From Candidatus Omnitrophota bacterium (GTDB taxonomy: Bacteria > Omnitrophota > Gorgyraeia > Zapsychrales > Fredricksoniimonadaceae), in the NCBI GenBank assembly GCA_044225175.1, contig JBGAJA010000002.1:216949-280948 (forward strand): 64,000 nucleotides of DNA, given 5' to 3'. Below the pieces are notes generated by a model, which saw only the letters and a list, made by a program, of their open reading frames with translations, did no database searches and was not told where the DNA came from. The position numbers were made by a program, and so were the translations under genes. Below are positions 15,001 through 27,000 of this stretch, piece by piece; the first letter of the stretch is position 1, and every line of letters starts with the position of its first letter.

Positions 15001-18000
15001 TTAAATGATCCAGAGATGGAATTACAAATTCGTTTGTTTGCTTCATACCGCTTCCAGCCAATGGCCCGCTCAGCTCGCGGTATTATGAGATTTAGACAAA
15101 TGTATCAATTTCAGGCCAAGGTGAATTTCCCAACGAGACAATCCTTACTGGCTTTTGAGCAGTACAAAGAAGAAGGGTTAATGAACAGAAATGGCCTGCC
15201 AACCAATGGATATCAAGACAAGATTGATGCCTTGGCTGATGCGAAGTTTGAATTTATTGTTGGACCTCAAAGCTATGGAGAATATCTGGGTCATGTGACT
15301 AGGGATACATGGCAAGGATTGGCTGTAAGAGATATGAATCTCTTACTGAAATTATTCCCAGCGATGCAAATCGCCTATTTGCATAATCCTGATCGTGCCA
15401 TCGATTCTTATGCAGGTGTATCAGCTGTTTATTTAACCAGCCAAGAGTATGGGTCACTAGAAGAACAAATGCTGGTTTCCATCCAAGAACAATTGGATAA
15501 CAAGGAAAATATTACAAATCCAGACGTAAGAAATAGACTAAAAAATTCTCTTCAATTGTATCGATTTACAACAAGTGTAAATGGTGTGGAAACAGTGGTT
15601 GGTTATGTGGTCCGTAAGAATATTATTAAGTTGAACTCTCACTATTTTGCGGGTCAAGGTAAACCGGTTAACCAAAACAATTTGCTTAAATTTGTTCATG
15701 GGGAAATTGCCCAGTTAATGGATATCAACCAAGACTTCTATCTTGAAGAAACATTCAAAGGGCCAAATTTAGCGGAAGAGTTTAGATATGATCGAGATAC
15801 TGCCATTGTAGGATTCCCAGAAGACATCTTTACAGATGAGTTTTCACCAGCAGGTGAAGTTCATGCCTTTGGAGACCACACATTTACAACAATCACACAG
15901 CGTGTTTTAAACTTTATGGGAATTCGTTATCACTATGGTCATCCGGATTTTATCCGAACAATCTCCTTTAGACAATTAGGACTCTTTAGTGCTCCATGGG
16001 TCAATGAAGACATTTATGGTGCTTATAAGGCTACACTTTACGGTGAAAAAGTTATATTCAAGGAATTTATTCAAGCTGCTAAGGCTCGTGAAGTTGTTTA
16101 CATCGGCCTTGTCGGTATCTCAGATAAATTTGGCGCAGGCGCAGGTGAGCAAGCCATTGATCATAAGATGCAAGTTCTTAATCGATCTTCGATAATTGGA
16201 TTTTCCAGAGCATTCATGCACATAGTAGCTTCGATAGGATATTTCTTACGTAAACCAATTATCGTGATTGCAAGTGTCTTGTATTTATTAAATGTGGTGT
16301 TGTTTGGGTTAAGTTTCTTTGTCTCTTTCCCAGATGAATTAACATACGGAATGATAGGATTATTCTTATCTCAAGCGATAGGGTTGCCGGGTTATCTTCA
16401 ACTTGTCTTAGAGCGTATGATCATACCTAGTACGGTCAGATTCTTGAAACTATTACCCGTATTAGCTTTAACGTATATTTCTGTTCTTTTTAGCGCCTTC
16501 CAAGTTGGTGTAAAGAAGGCTTATGTCAATAGTGCAGATTATGTTGCAACAGGTCGTCGTGCTGGTCGACAACACATGGTGCCTTTTAAAGATACTCTAG
16601 GGTTAACTGGAGTGCATTTATATAACAAAGGAGATCTTTATGGGCAAGTCAATCTTCCTGGTATCGGCTGGCTTATCCCAGGAATAATGATTGTGACATC
16701 AGGACTCAAGTTATGGGCAAGTCCAGGATCGATTTGGTCTGCGATGCCTGTCTTCATGATTTTAGCCGGCATACTTGCGGTATTTATTATGAACCCCGGT
16801 TCCACACCGATTACATTTGGTATTCGTAAATTCTTTACGCAATATTTTGGAGAAAACCTCCCTCACTTCTTTGCTAAATTTGGGGCAGAAGCGCTTTACT
16901 TGAAAAACAAAAATTTAAAAACGACCGTATATGATCATCAAGGAATTGAATTTGGTCAAATCAATGAAAGAGCTAATACAAATGATATCAAGCTCGACAT
17001 GAAGAGATTCAAATTAGGTGTGGTTGTGTATACTGGCGCACTCGCCTTGACGATTTTGATTCTTATGAACGGCATTCCTTATCAAGGTTTATTGCTATTC
17101 CTCCTGTTGTATCCATTGTTAGGATTGGCTGGAAACAAGCAGTTAGAACGCCTATTAAAGAGTAAATACACCTTTAAAGAAATCTATAACGATAAAAAGG
17201 TCGAAATTCGAAATAATCATAGATTTGGACAGGGCAAAGAAGTATTTAAGAAAGTAGTTTTTGAATTTGGGTTAAAGATAAGAGAGTTTATTAATTTGTT
17301 CTTTGCAGGAACATTTGTCATGGGTTCTTTATTGATCATCGGCATTGTGACAGCAATTTTGATTAGTCTGCCTTATCAAATGGGAGTTCTCTTAAGAGCG
17401 TTGGTACCTAGCAAGATTGTTCCAAGATTTATAAGAATTTCTGGGTGGGTAGGTATGGCTTGGGTGGTTAATATCATAGCTTCCAATGTCGCTATGGGAC
17501 CATTAGGTATGGTAGCTATGTTAGTCTTTACTGGTGCCTTGTCTATAGGACTATTCACAGGCTCTCGCAGATCCGCTATAGAAAATATTAATGCCATGGA
17601 TTTTAGTTTCATCTCTCATCCAACTCAAGCTGGTCCAAGCAGAAAAATTAATCGAAGAGTTGCCATGGGGACTATTTCAGTTTTTGTGATTGCCCTTGGC
17701 ATTGCCAGTGTCAAAACAGGAATTGTTAACTTAAATCTATTTAATCGTGCTCCTGAGCAAACTACCCAATTAGAATCCAATACTTCTAAAGATATTCCAA
17801 ACGTTCAATCTCAAACTGAAGCTGTCACACCTTCTCCTGAACAATTGCAAACTACCGCAGCCCAAGAAGCCCAAAGACTTTCCAACGAAGTGATTAACAC
17901 CATTGATCCTCAAACCGTTCCAGGAATTGAAATTACTCCTATAGAAAAGGATTCAAAAGAATCTGTTGGCCCAACACCTGAAGAAGTGAAAGCCGCCGCT

Positions 18001-21000
18001 GACAAAGTGGAATCAGACAGAATCGCTGCTGAAAAGAAGCTGGCTAATGAAAAAGCTGAAGAAGAGATAAAGAAGGACATTGAAATCTTAAGAACAGGAA
18101 CTGCAGAGCAAAGACTAGGGGTGATCACCAGTTCATTACAAATGTCTGATGAGGCTATTAGAAAATTATTACCTGAAATCTTAGTTCTAGCTTATGACAA
18201 GGATGAACAAGTACGCACACAGGCCATTCTTTATCCTACAAAGATCCGCTTTCCAATTCTAACTGTTTATGGTGAAGAGCATGTCAATATACTTCATAAA
18301 CTAAATAAAAATACTTTAATTAAGAATGCTGAAAAGATGAATTTCTATTTAGGTTTGGAAAGCAGATTGTGGTCGGAACACTTCACAGATCATATGTTTG
18401 GGTATGAAGACGAATATCCTTTAATCTACACCTATACAATGACGACTCTTTATTTTTCTAATCTGACCGCTATCACTAATGATATTGCTATTCAAGAAGG
18501 CAACGAAGATCTTCTGCAAGCAAGAGAAGAAATGAGAGACGTGTATAGAGCTAGCATTGCTCAAATCCTCAATCTTTTGATCGATTCTCATGTCTATCTT
18601 CAAGAAACATTAGATCAATTTGAACTTGTTTTAAAAGACCATCCAGATTCACAAAGAGCCCATGAATATATTAAAGAAATCATCAGCTCGGTCAATCAAG
18701 ACAAGCAAAAGGCCATTGAAGATTATCTGAAACAGGAAGATTTAACCATCTGGAGAGAATGGATTCATATTTTTGCCGGAGTATTGACCGATAAAATTGA
18801 GCAGCTATATCCAGATAGAGGATTAGATTTCCATAAGATTAGAACATGGATAGCCAAGAAAGAAATGACTCGAGATGATATCCATGAGTTAAATAACGAT
18901 ATATCCATCGAATTTAGAAATCAAGCCTTTGCCCCGCATATGACAGATATCGCAGACAAAGGCATTAGTAACAATAGACCAACCTATATTATCACTGGTA
19001 AAGAGCATGTGCAGGGTCTGGCAGAGTTATTAGGTAGCAATTATCGAGGAATGAACATTTATTACCTTCTTGATCCTGCCGCACGCAAGGAAGCTGAAGA
19101 AGCTGCAAGAGCAAAAGCTGCAGAGGATAAAGCTCAAGCTGATAGAATTGCCGCTGAGAATAAACTTGCTGAAGAAAAAGCTGCAGAGACAACACGCATT
19201 CTTCAAGAACAAGAGGCTGCAAATAAAGCCGCCGCTGACAAAGCTGCCGCAGACAAGGCAGAAGCTGACAGAGTAGCTGAAGCTAAGAGGCTTGCAGATG
19301 AAAAGGCCGCTCAAGATAAAAAAGCCGCCGATCAAGCTGCCAAAGATGCAGCCTTTATCCAAACAATATTAGGAATCCTTTTGATTGTTCTTGGATCAGC
19401 GGGAGGATTACTCGCAATTATGTGGGGTATAAGACAGTTGTTTGAATTAAGAACGGCAAAGAAAAATCCTAAAGTGGAACCATTGCCAGGTGCTGTAAAG
19501 ACATCATCTGAAAAAGATAATCCTGTTTCAACTGTAAGTTCAAAAGCCCCTGATTATATTGTTGAAGATGGCGCTCCACGTCCTCGTGGCAATGGCAATA
19601 TTTCAGTTGCACCTCCAATAGCTGTTCCTCAAGTAATGCAGTCACCAAATGTTCCAGCTGTTCAACCACCAACTAGAGCTGGACCAAGTTGGTTACACAT
19701 AAATGTTCCAGCCACTCAATCACCAACTAGAGCTGGACCACGCAGGTTACAAATCATCGGTTTAATGGCAAGTATTGTAGTTCTTGGATTGATGTCGTTG
19801 TATGCCTTTAGTCCTTCGGAAAAAACACAGCACAATGTTCCAAATCCTTCTACAAAGATTACAGAGTCTGAACAATCCAAAGTCACAGATTCCAACACTG
19901 CAGAACAATCTCAGCCTAAGGCTGATCAGCCTACGGCTGAAGCTCTCGGTTCTGATGATCCAAAAGAAGTTTCTACACCTGAACCAGCAAGTGAAGCCAA
20001 AGAATCAACACCTGTAGTAGTATCACAACCTGAAGAACCTGCACAAGCTAAAGAAAATGAGTTTGATACAGCGACAGAGGAAGCTAAGAAACGAGAAGAG
20101 CAAGTTGAAGCGTTAAATCCAGATAATGTGAGAAGCTCTTTAGAAAAACGAGAATCTCCAGTTCAAGAGCCAATACCTCAAGAAATAGAAGCTAAAGTGC
20201 TACAAGATGCTCAAGCTGAAGCTGATCGTCAAGCTAGGGAAGAACAGCGTCTGTTGGATGAAAAGAAAGCTGCTGAAGAAAAGGAAGCCAAAGAGAAAGC
20301 AGAACAGGCTGCCCTCGCAAGAAGATTAGAAGAAGAACAAAAAGCCGCCGCCGATCAAGCTGCCAAAGAAGAGCAAATGCAGAAGCCTCCTGAAATAGAT
20401 CGTAAGAAATTAGAAGATGGTGTTATGAAACCAACTGAAGCAGACTATAAGGAAATTGCAGATAAGTTGGAGCGCATCAAAGAATGGCTTAAGAATAGAC
20501 CAGCTGATCAAAAAGATTCTCCCAAACGTTTTCCAGGCATCGTCGCAACAACAGATGCTCCAGCCCATATTTTAGTCAGTGAACCAAGTGGTATTGTAAG
20601 GGAAGCTACAGACATTCAAGAACGCGTGATGAGCGATGAGGAAAGAAACACATGGATCCGTTTAGTAAGTCCATACCCACAATTAGATAAAGACATTCGT
20701 TTTGTGATTATTGAAGATCCAGCCTTGCCGATAGCCATGCATCCTGTTGTGAAGAAATTCAAGCAAGCAGATGGAAGCACAGTCGTGATTTTCTTTGAAT
20801 TCATTAATCCTATGTTCTGGGGTATCAAAGATCCTGCTCGACAAGAAGACATGTTTTTCCATGAGATGCAAGATGTGATGAATTATGGTATGGAAGAACA
20901 AGCGATTTGGGAGATAGAAGCTAAAGCATGGACAGATTTAGATCGATTGGCTAAGTATATTGAATGGCTCAATGACAAGACCAAAGGAATCACAGTTGAT

Positions 21001-24000
21001 CCAAGATATATCAAGGCCTTAGCAAAAGCATTTCCTATTTCAGAGCCTGTAGAAGCACCTAAGGGTGATGGGACAATCATCAATGCTCCTCTTGATCAAA
21101 AGCAAGCTGCTTTAAAAGAACTCAAAGCAGAAGCTGAGAAATATAACACTGAGCACCCAGAACCAACTCCTCCTACAGAATATGATCACAATCAACGCTG
21201 GCTTGAAGGAAGAACAGAAGTAGTCCCTGCTGATGCACCAGCTCTTGTAGTGGAACAACAAGTAGAGGGTGTCATTGCGTCCGCCAAAGGCGGATCCGCC
21301 TTGGACGGAAGCGAAAAAGTGAAGCAGTCTGAAACCGAAGAAAAGATTGCCGCGTCGCCTACGGCTCCTCGCAATGACACGGTTGAAACATCACCCCTTA
21401 AGATCACATTAGATTTCTATACAGACATCAGCCAGCCTCTTGATGATACTAAAGCCACATTTGGATTTACCACATTAGATTTAGGTTTTGAAAAAGATGA
21501 GTGGCAATTTGGAGGATTGATTGAAGTTAATTCATTACGTTTAGATAATGACATCGACCATGCCGCGACATTCAAATGGAGAACATTCTACAATTTCAAT
21601 GAAAATATTGGCTTGGGGGTTCGTAAAACATTTACAACAGATAGTGATATTTCCGATCCTGTGTCATTTGGGGCGAAGTTCTTGATTAAAGATGTTGTGA
21701 GTGGGGAAGCATGGGTGTCCTATGCTGATGGTAAGACAGCCTGGCTCGGATTTATCAATAAAGACATTGGACCTGCTAGTTTGAGCTTAGGCTTGTTCCA
21801 TGCTGATCAGTGGGACGTTCAATTGACTGGCAGCCTCAAGTTAGACGAAGAAGGAACATGGAAAATATTTGGGGCCTATGACTTTGATGATCCACAGGTC
21901 GCTGCCTTGACCCATTTTACTCCTGACACTGGCCTTGTTCGCTTAGGAGGCACCTACTCATGGCAAGGACATGCGGTCAGCATCTACGTCTTTACCAGCT
22001 CCATTGATCAAGATGATCTCAAACCAGGCATTGGAATTATGTTTAGCTGGAATGCGCTGACAACCCAGCTTACAGAGGCAAATAACAGCGCTAATGGTAT
22101 GTTAGGGGATTGGTTTGAAAAATTAAGAACATTACCACTAACTCTAAGTGTCTATAACGACTTTACAACCAATAAGAACAGCCAGACTGGTCTTTTTGGT
22201 GTGACAGAGTTGAAATATAACGGAGAGCTCTTTAAGGCAGGTATTCAAGTAGAGTACACCAAAGGCTTTGAAGATCGTTATAACCTGACAGAAGGGATTG
22301 TGGATTTAAATCTCTTTGGAGAGTTTAAGCTGGTCAATGGATTAAGCGCATGGTTTGGACAGACAGTCAATGTTGGCAATGCTAATGACACCAAGGCTGC
22401 AGAGCCAACCAGTGTTGGGGTCAAGTATGAAAATGGGCCAGTCAGCGGGATCACCACATATTCATTTAATAAGGGTGATTATGAGAATGCTTGGTTAACA
22501 TTAAATACTCTTAAATTAACCGATGATCTGGCGATCGATTCAGGTTTATTCACCGATGGAAAACATACAGGCTGGCAATTAGGCGCAACATATAAATGGG
22601 TCTTTGTGAGAAGAAATTTCCGAGATGATTTATCTGGCACATGGTATGCCCCTGACACTGATACAAGAGTTGGATTAAACCTGATTCTGGGTCCTGTGAC
22701 AATCACCCCTTATGTTGGCATGTCAGATGATTTAAGTGAAATGAACAGTTTTGGAGTTGCCATTTTAGTCAATGTATTGACCGGTGAAGTAGTGGACACC
22801 AAGCCTATGTTTGAAAGTGAATTTTTGGACATGACGAAATTCAAGGCAGAAGTCTATACCGATGTAACGATCTTTGATGAATCAACAGCCATATTCTCTT
22901 ATTTAGATCTAAGTACCACAATCAAAGACATTGATGTGGGTGTTAACGTTGAAGTTAATGGATACATCGACAACTTGAATGATAATGGCTTGAATTTACC
23001 AGGAGCAACCGTGGCTGCCAAATTCAGGTTATTTGTTCCAACCGAGTGGGGTAAGTTAGGGTTAAGATACACAGCTCCATTGACCCATGGCTTGAGCAAT
23101 CCTATCTCTATTGGGGCCCTGAAAGAATTCAACTTTGGAGAAGACGCATGGATTAAGAAACTATCCAGTGAATTATGGGCCTCCTATAACCCAACGGATG
23201 AAAGGGCCAGCTTGTGGAGCATCAATAATACATCCATAGGCAATTTAGATTTGGGATTGGATATATTCCTTGGAGAAGGCGGCGATACAGGAATAGTCAC
23301 ACGAGCAGCATACTATTTTAATGATGAGAAGACATTTGGATGGATGTTCAATACGCAGCCCGTCAAAGAAGCAGGACAGATAGCTAGAGATTCATTCTTG
23401 ACGCTGGATTCAGGAGGCTTGCGCACTGGGCCGACCTTTAAATTAAGAGATAATATCATTGGGACGATCTATTTAGGGCTTGAAGAAAGAGAAGATGCCT
23501 TGCATCCACAAGATTGGAAAGACAAAGGATTGGTAGGCGCATCAATTAAGATCTCATTCTACAGCGACCTTCCTGTTCCACAGAAAGATCAAGACAAGGC
23601 CAAGGATGATTTTGGGGCCAATAAGACAATTGCTTTATCAAAAATCACGATCGTTAATGGAAATATAACATTCAAGATCATTACTGATGATACTCAAAGG
23701 AAACTTGGGCTATGGAATCAAGTGGTCTTTAAGCAAATCAAAGAGATTTTAAAAGCTGGCCGATCTCCTCCAAGTGAATTTACAGTGGAAATCACAACCG
23801 CAATTGATCATGTGGCAGCTTCCGACATTAACAACTCTAAAGTTTTCCTTCACCCATTCTATTTTGACCCATCCAATAAAGATCAACATTATAAAATGTT
23901 CTACCATGAACTGATCAGTCATATAGCAAATCACGAGAATGATGAACAAAAAGCAATGGCAGATACCAAGAAAGCTGTTGAACGAAAGACAGGAATTTTT

Positions 24001-27000
24001 GAAACCGTATTACTTGGAATAATCTTCGTTTGGGGGGCAATAATTATCATTAGAAGTATATTTAAAGGTTCTTTTGTATCGAATATTCAGAAATTTCCGC
24101 CTACAGATTATGCGTTAGACAAGCAAACAGAACGAGCATACCTTTCTGGTGAAGAAGATGCAGGTGACATTAAGGCCCGGGGATTCACAAGAGTCCATAC
24201 ACTTGTATTAGTCATAGCCGTCATAGGCACAATACTAGCACTGATTCTTACGAAAAATAGGTTCAACTCCCTATTTATGAACAGCAGACCCCAAGAAAAT
24301 AGGGAGTTGACCCTCATTTCTTATAAGCAAGATCATGGACAGCCTAGTGTGGAGTCTAAGGCAGATGCGTGGAAGATTTTAGATGAGAAGAATACAACCC
24401 CTCAACAATGGGCCCTTATACTTAAATGGAAAGAGGAACATAAAGCAGAATTAGCTAAAACAGGAAGTAACAAGCTGGTGTTTATTCTTCGTCCACAGCT
24501 TCCTACATTAGAATACTCAGAAGTAAAGAATTATACAGTCAATGGTAAGCCTTATAATATCTATTATCAAGTGATTAGCCCAAAGTGGTTTGATCAAACT
24601 AGTGATAAGAGTCCAGCGCCAAAAGCATCACAACCAGCCCCAAGAGTTAAGGTGGAGATTTCAAAATCAAAGCCATCGGAAAATAGGCAGTTGACCCCAA
24701 TTATTCCAGTGCCTCAAGCAAAGGCAGAGGTAAGTACAAGTCCTTCAGTTATGAGTCCGAAGACTGAAAATAGGGAGTTGACCCTCATTTCTAAGATTAC
24801 ACGTAAAGAACTTGGGGATGTTCCCGGGATTAAAGATTCTGTTGATCTTGTTATTTGGAATAATACTCAGGAAAGTCCTTTGGCTCGTTATGTGGGGACA
24901 ATTAAGCTGAGCTTAGATCAAGAGAATAAATATTTAAGCATTGTTAATGATCGTACTAAATCGGTAGAAGAGCGAGTGGAAGCATTGTTGGTCTTGACTA
25001 TGGCAGGCCATGAAGAAGTCCCTGAGATTGCTCGTAAGCTTATGGTTTACTATGATCCAGGCGCTAAATACTTTGGTTCTTATGTTAGCTTAACGGATAA
25101 AGTGGTTGGAAAAGTTGGGGCAGATGGTTTAACGCTTGGCGAAGAGGTGAACCTCAATAACATTATTAGCGGGCTCTTTGAGATGATGTATGACAATTAC
25201 ATGGTGGAACGCAATGCAGATGGTGATTTACGATTTGTCGCTGCTTTAACCATGGCTGCCTATGCCGAGCGTGGATATTTAGATAAACGTGAAAAGGTGT
25301 TCTTCATTTTTGATGGTGACAAGCTGGCCTTAAAGTATGCCAAGGAAGTTGAAGAGTCCTTAGGTAAATATTATAAGGAAAAACGCGAACCTAATGACCA
25401 AGTAGCCTTAGGCAAATTATTGGCTTCAGAAAAATTAAATGGACGATTGACCAAGGACGATGATATTAACGCTCAAAATACTTTAAGCGTCCTTCGCATG
25501 ATGGCAGACAGAGGCAATAAAGACATTTCCTATATGGCCTTAAGGGCGGCTCAAGCATTCCCTGATCCAGGTGTTTTTAAAGCACTTAAAGAGGAAATGA
25601 AAGTTAAACCAACAGATTTAGATGTCATGAAAATCCAAAGCGTTTCAGAAGGAAGCATAGATAGACAATTAGGGCTCATGGAAAATTTAGTACAAGGCAA
25701 GATGAATGGTGATGAACTTGGAAACACAAGCTGGAAAAATGAAATTGAGTTTATGGTCAATTCATTGGCAGCTAGATACAAAGGACAATCTAGAGAATGG
25801 AAAGAACATTTTGCTGCATACCTCGTTGCCAAATCTCAGGACATCCGACAAGGTAAGGTTGAAGAGATCAAGAATCTTATTTATGAACCTTTAGCCCGCA
25901 TCGTGTTATCAGATCAGTCAGATATTTTGGAAAGCACTATTCAGGGAATCAGACAGGTCCACCTCCAAGGGGAAACCAAAGACGAAGACCAGTTGCTGCA
26001 CGGAACACGACAAAGCCAAAAAGAAGCTGCCCAAAGATTATTAGAAAATCTTAACCCAAGAACGATTGCGGCCTTGGCTAAAACTATTCAAGAATCAGAA
26101 AACACAGATCTAGTTCAAATGATCTGGACTAAGACCCAAGAACAATTAAATAGCATTGGCGCTCAATTCGGAGAATATGATCCTTTGATTGTGGCGACCC
26201 GACAAAGAATTTTAAGTGAAACGGATGACAAAACAGTCTTAGCTGGGGTGAAATGGTTATTGGCCCGCCATGAAACAGTTGGTTCATCGACGGTTGCAAG
26301 AGTGTATGCCCATACCAAACAAAGAGACATCAAGCTTGCTATTTTAGAACAAGTCAACTCTAACCATGCCTTTAGTCCTGAGTTTGTTCTTCCTATCATC
26401 GAAGATTTAGCCAATGTCATTTTAGAACGTCTTCAAGGCAAATCAGCTCATCAAGAAGAACGCGCTTATGAAGCCTATCAAGACTATCTAAAAGTTCTCC
26501 ATGATTTATATCCCCAAGCTGTGCAAGAACGACTAAAAATCCAAATGGATGCTGTAAATTCGGCAGATCAAATACGAGTATGGAGCAATATTCTTAAAGA
26601 ACATGGAATTGCAGTCCCCTCAGCAGTATCGTTAATCAATGCCATCACATCTAACAACACCACAGATATTTTAAAAGCGATCAATGTGCCGGGCGTTATT
26701 GAAGCTTCTGCGGAAGACATTGATAGGCTTATGGAGGTGGTTACAAGTCCTAACACCTTGGAGACTGCCAAAGTAAGCTTAGTCCAAAATTATTTAGGAC
26801 GATTAAAAGTCAAAGCAGATTTTCGTTCTAGTTTATGGGATGACCCTGTTAGAGGCGGACTAGTCAGGCTTTATGATGGGGCATCGATTGATTTAAAAAG
26901 AGCTGTTTTACAAGCTTTGGCTACTCGCGGTATGAGAGAACAAGAATCCGTTGATGCTTTTGCTAGATTGTTCTCTCGCGAAGATGATCCTCAAGTCCAA

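Noticed and set aside
16110-16160. GAGAGE (GLVGISDKFGAGAGEQ) glycine-rich stretch considered as a nucleotide-binding P-loop
   Set aside because: It does not fit Walker A GxxxxGK[ST]. No Lys/Ser/Thr follows. Probably a flexible loop before the TM cluster.
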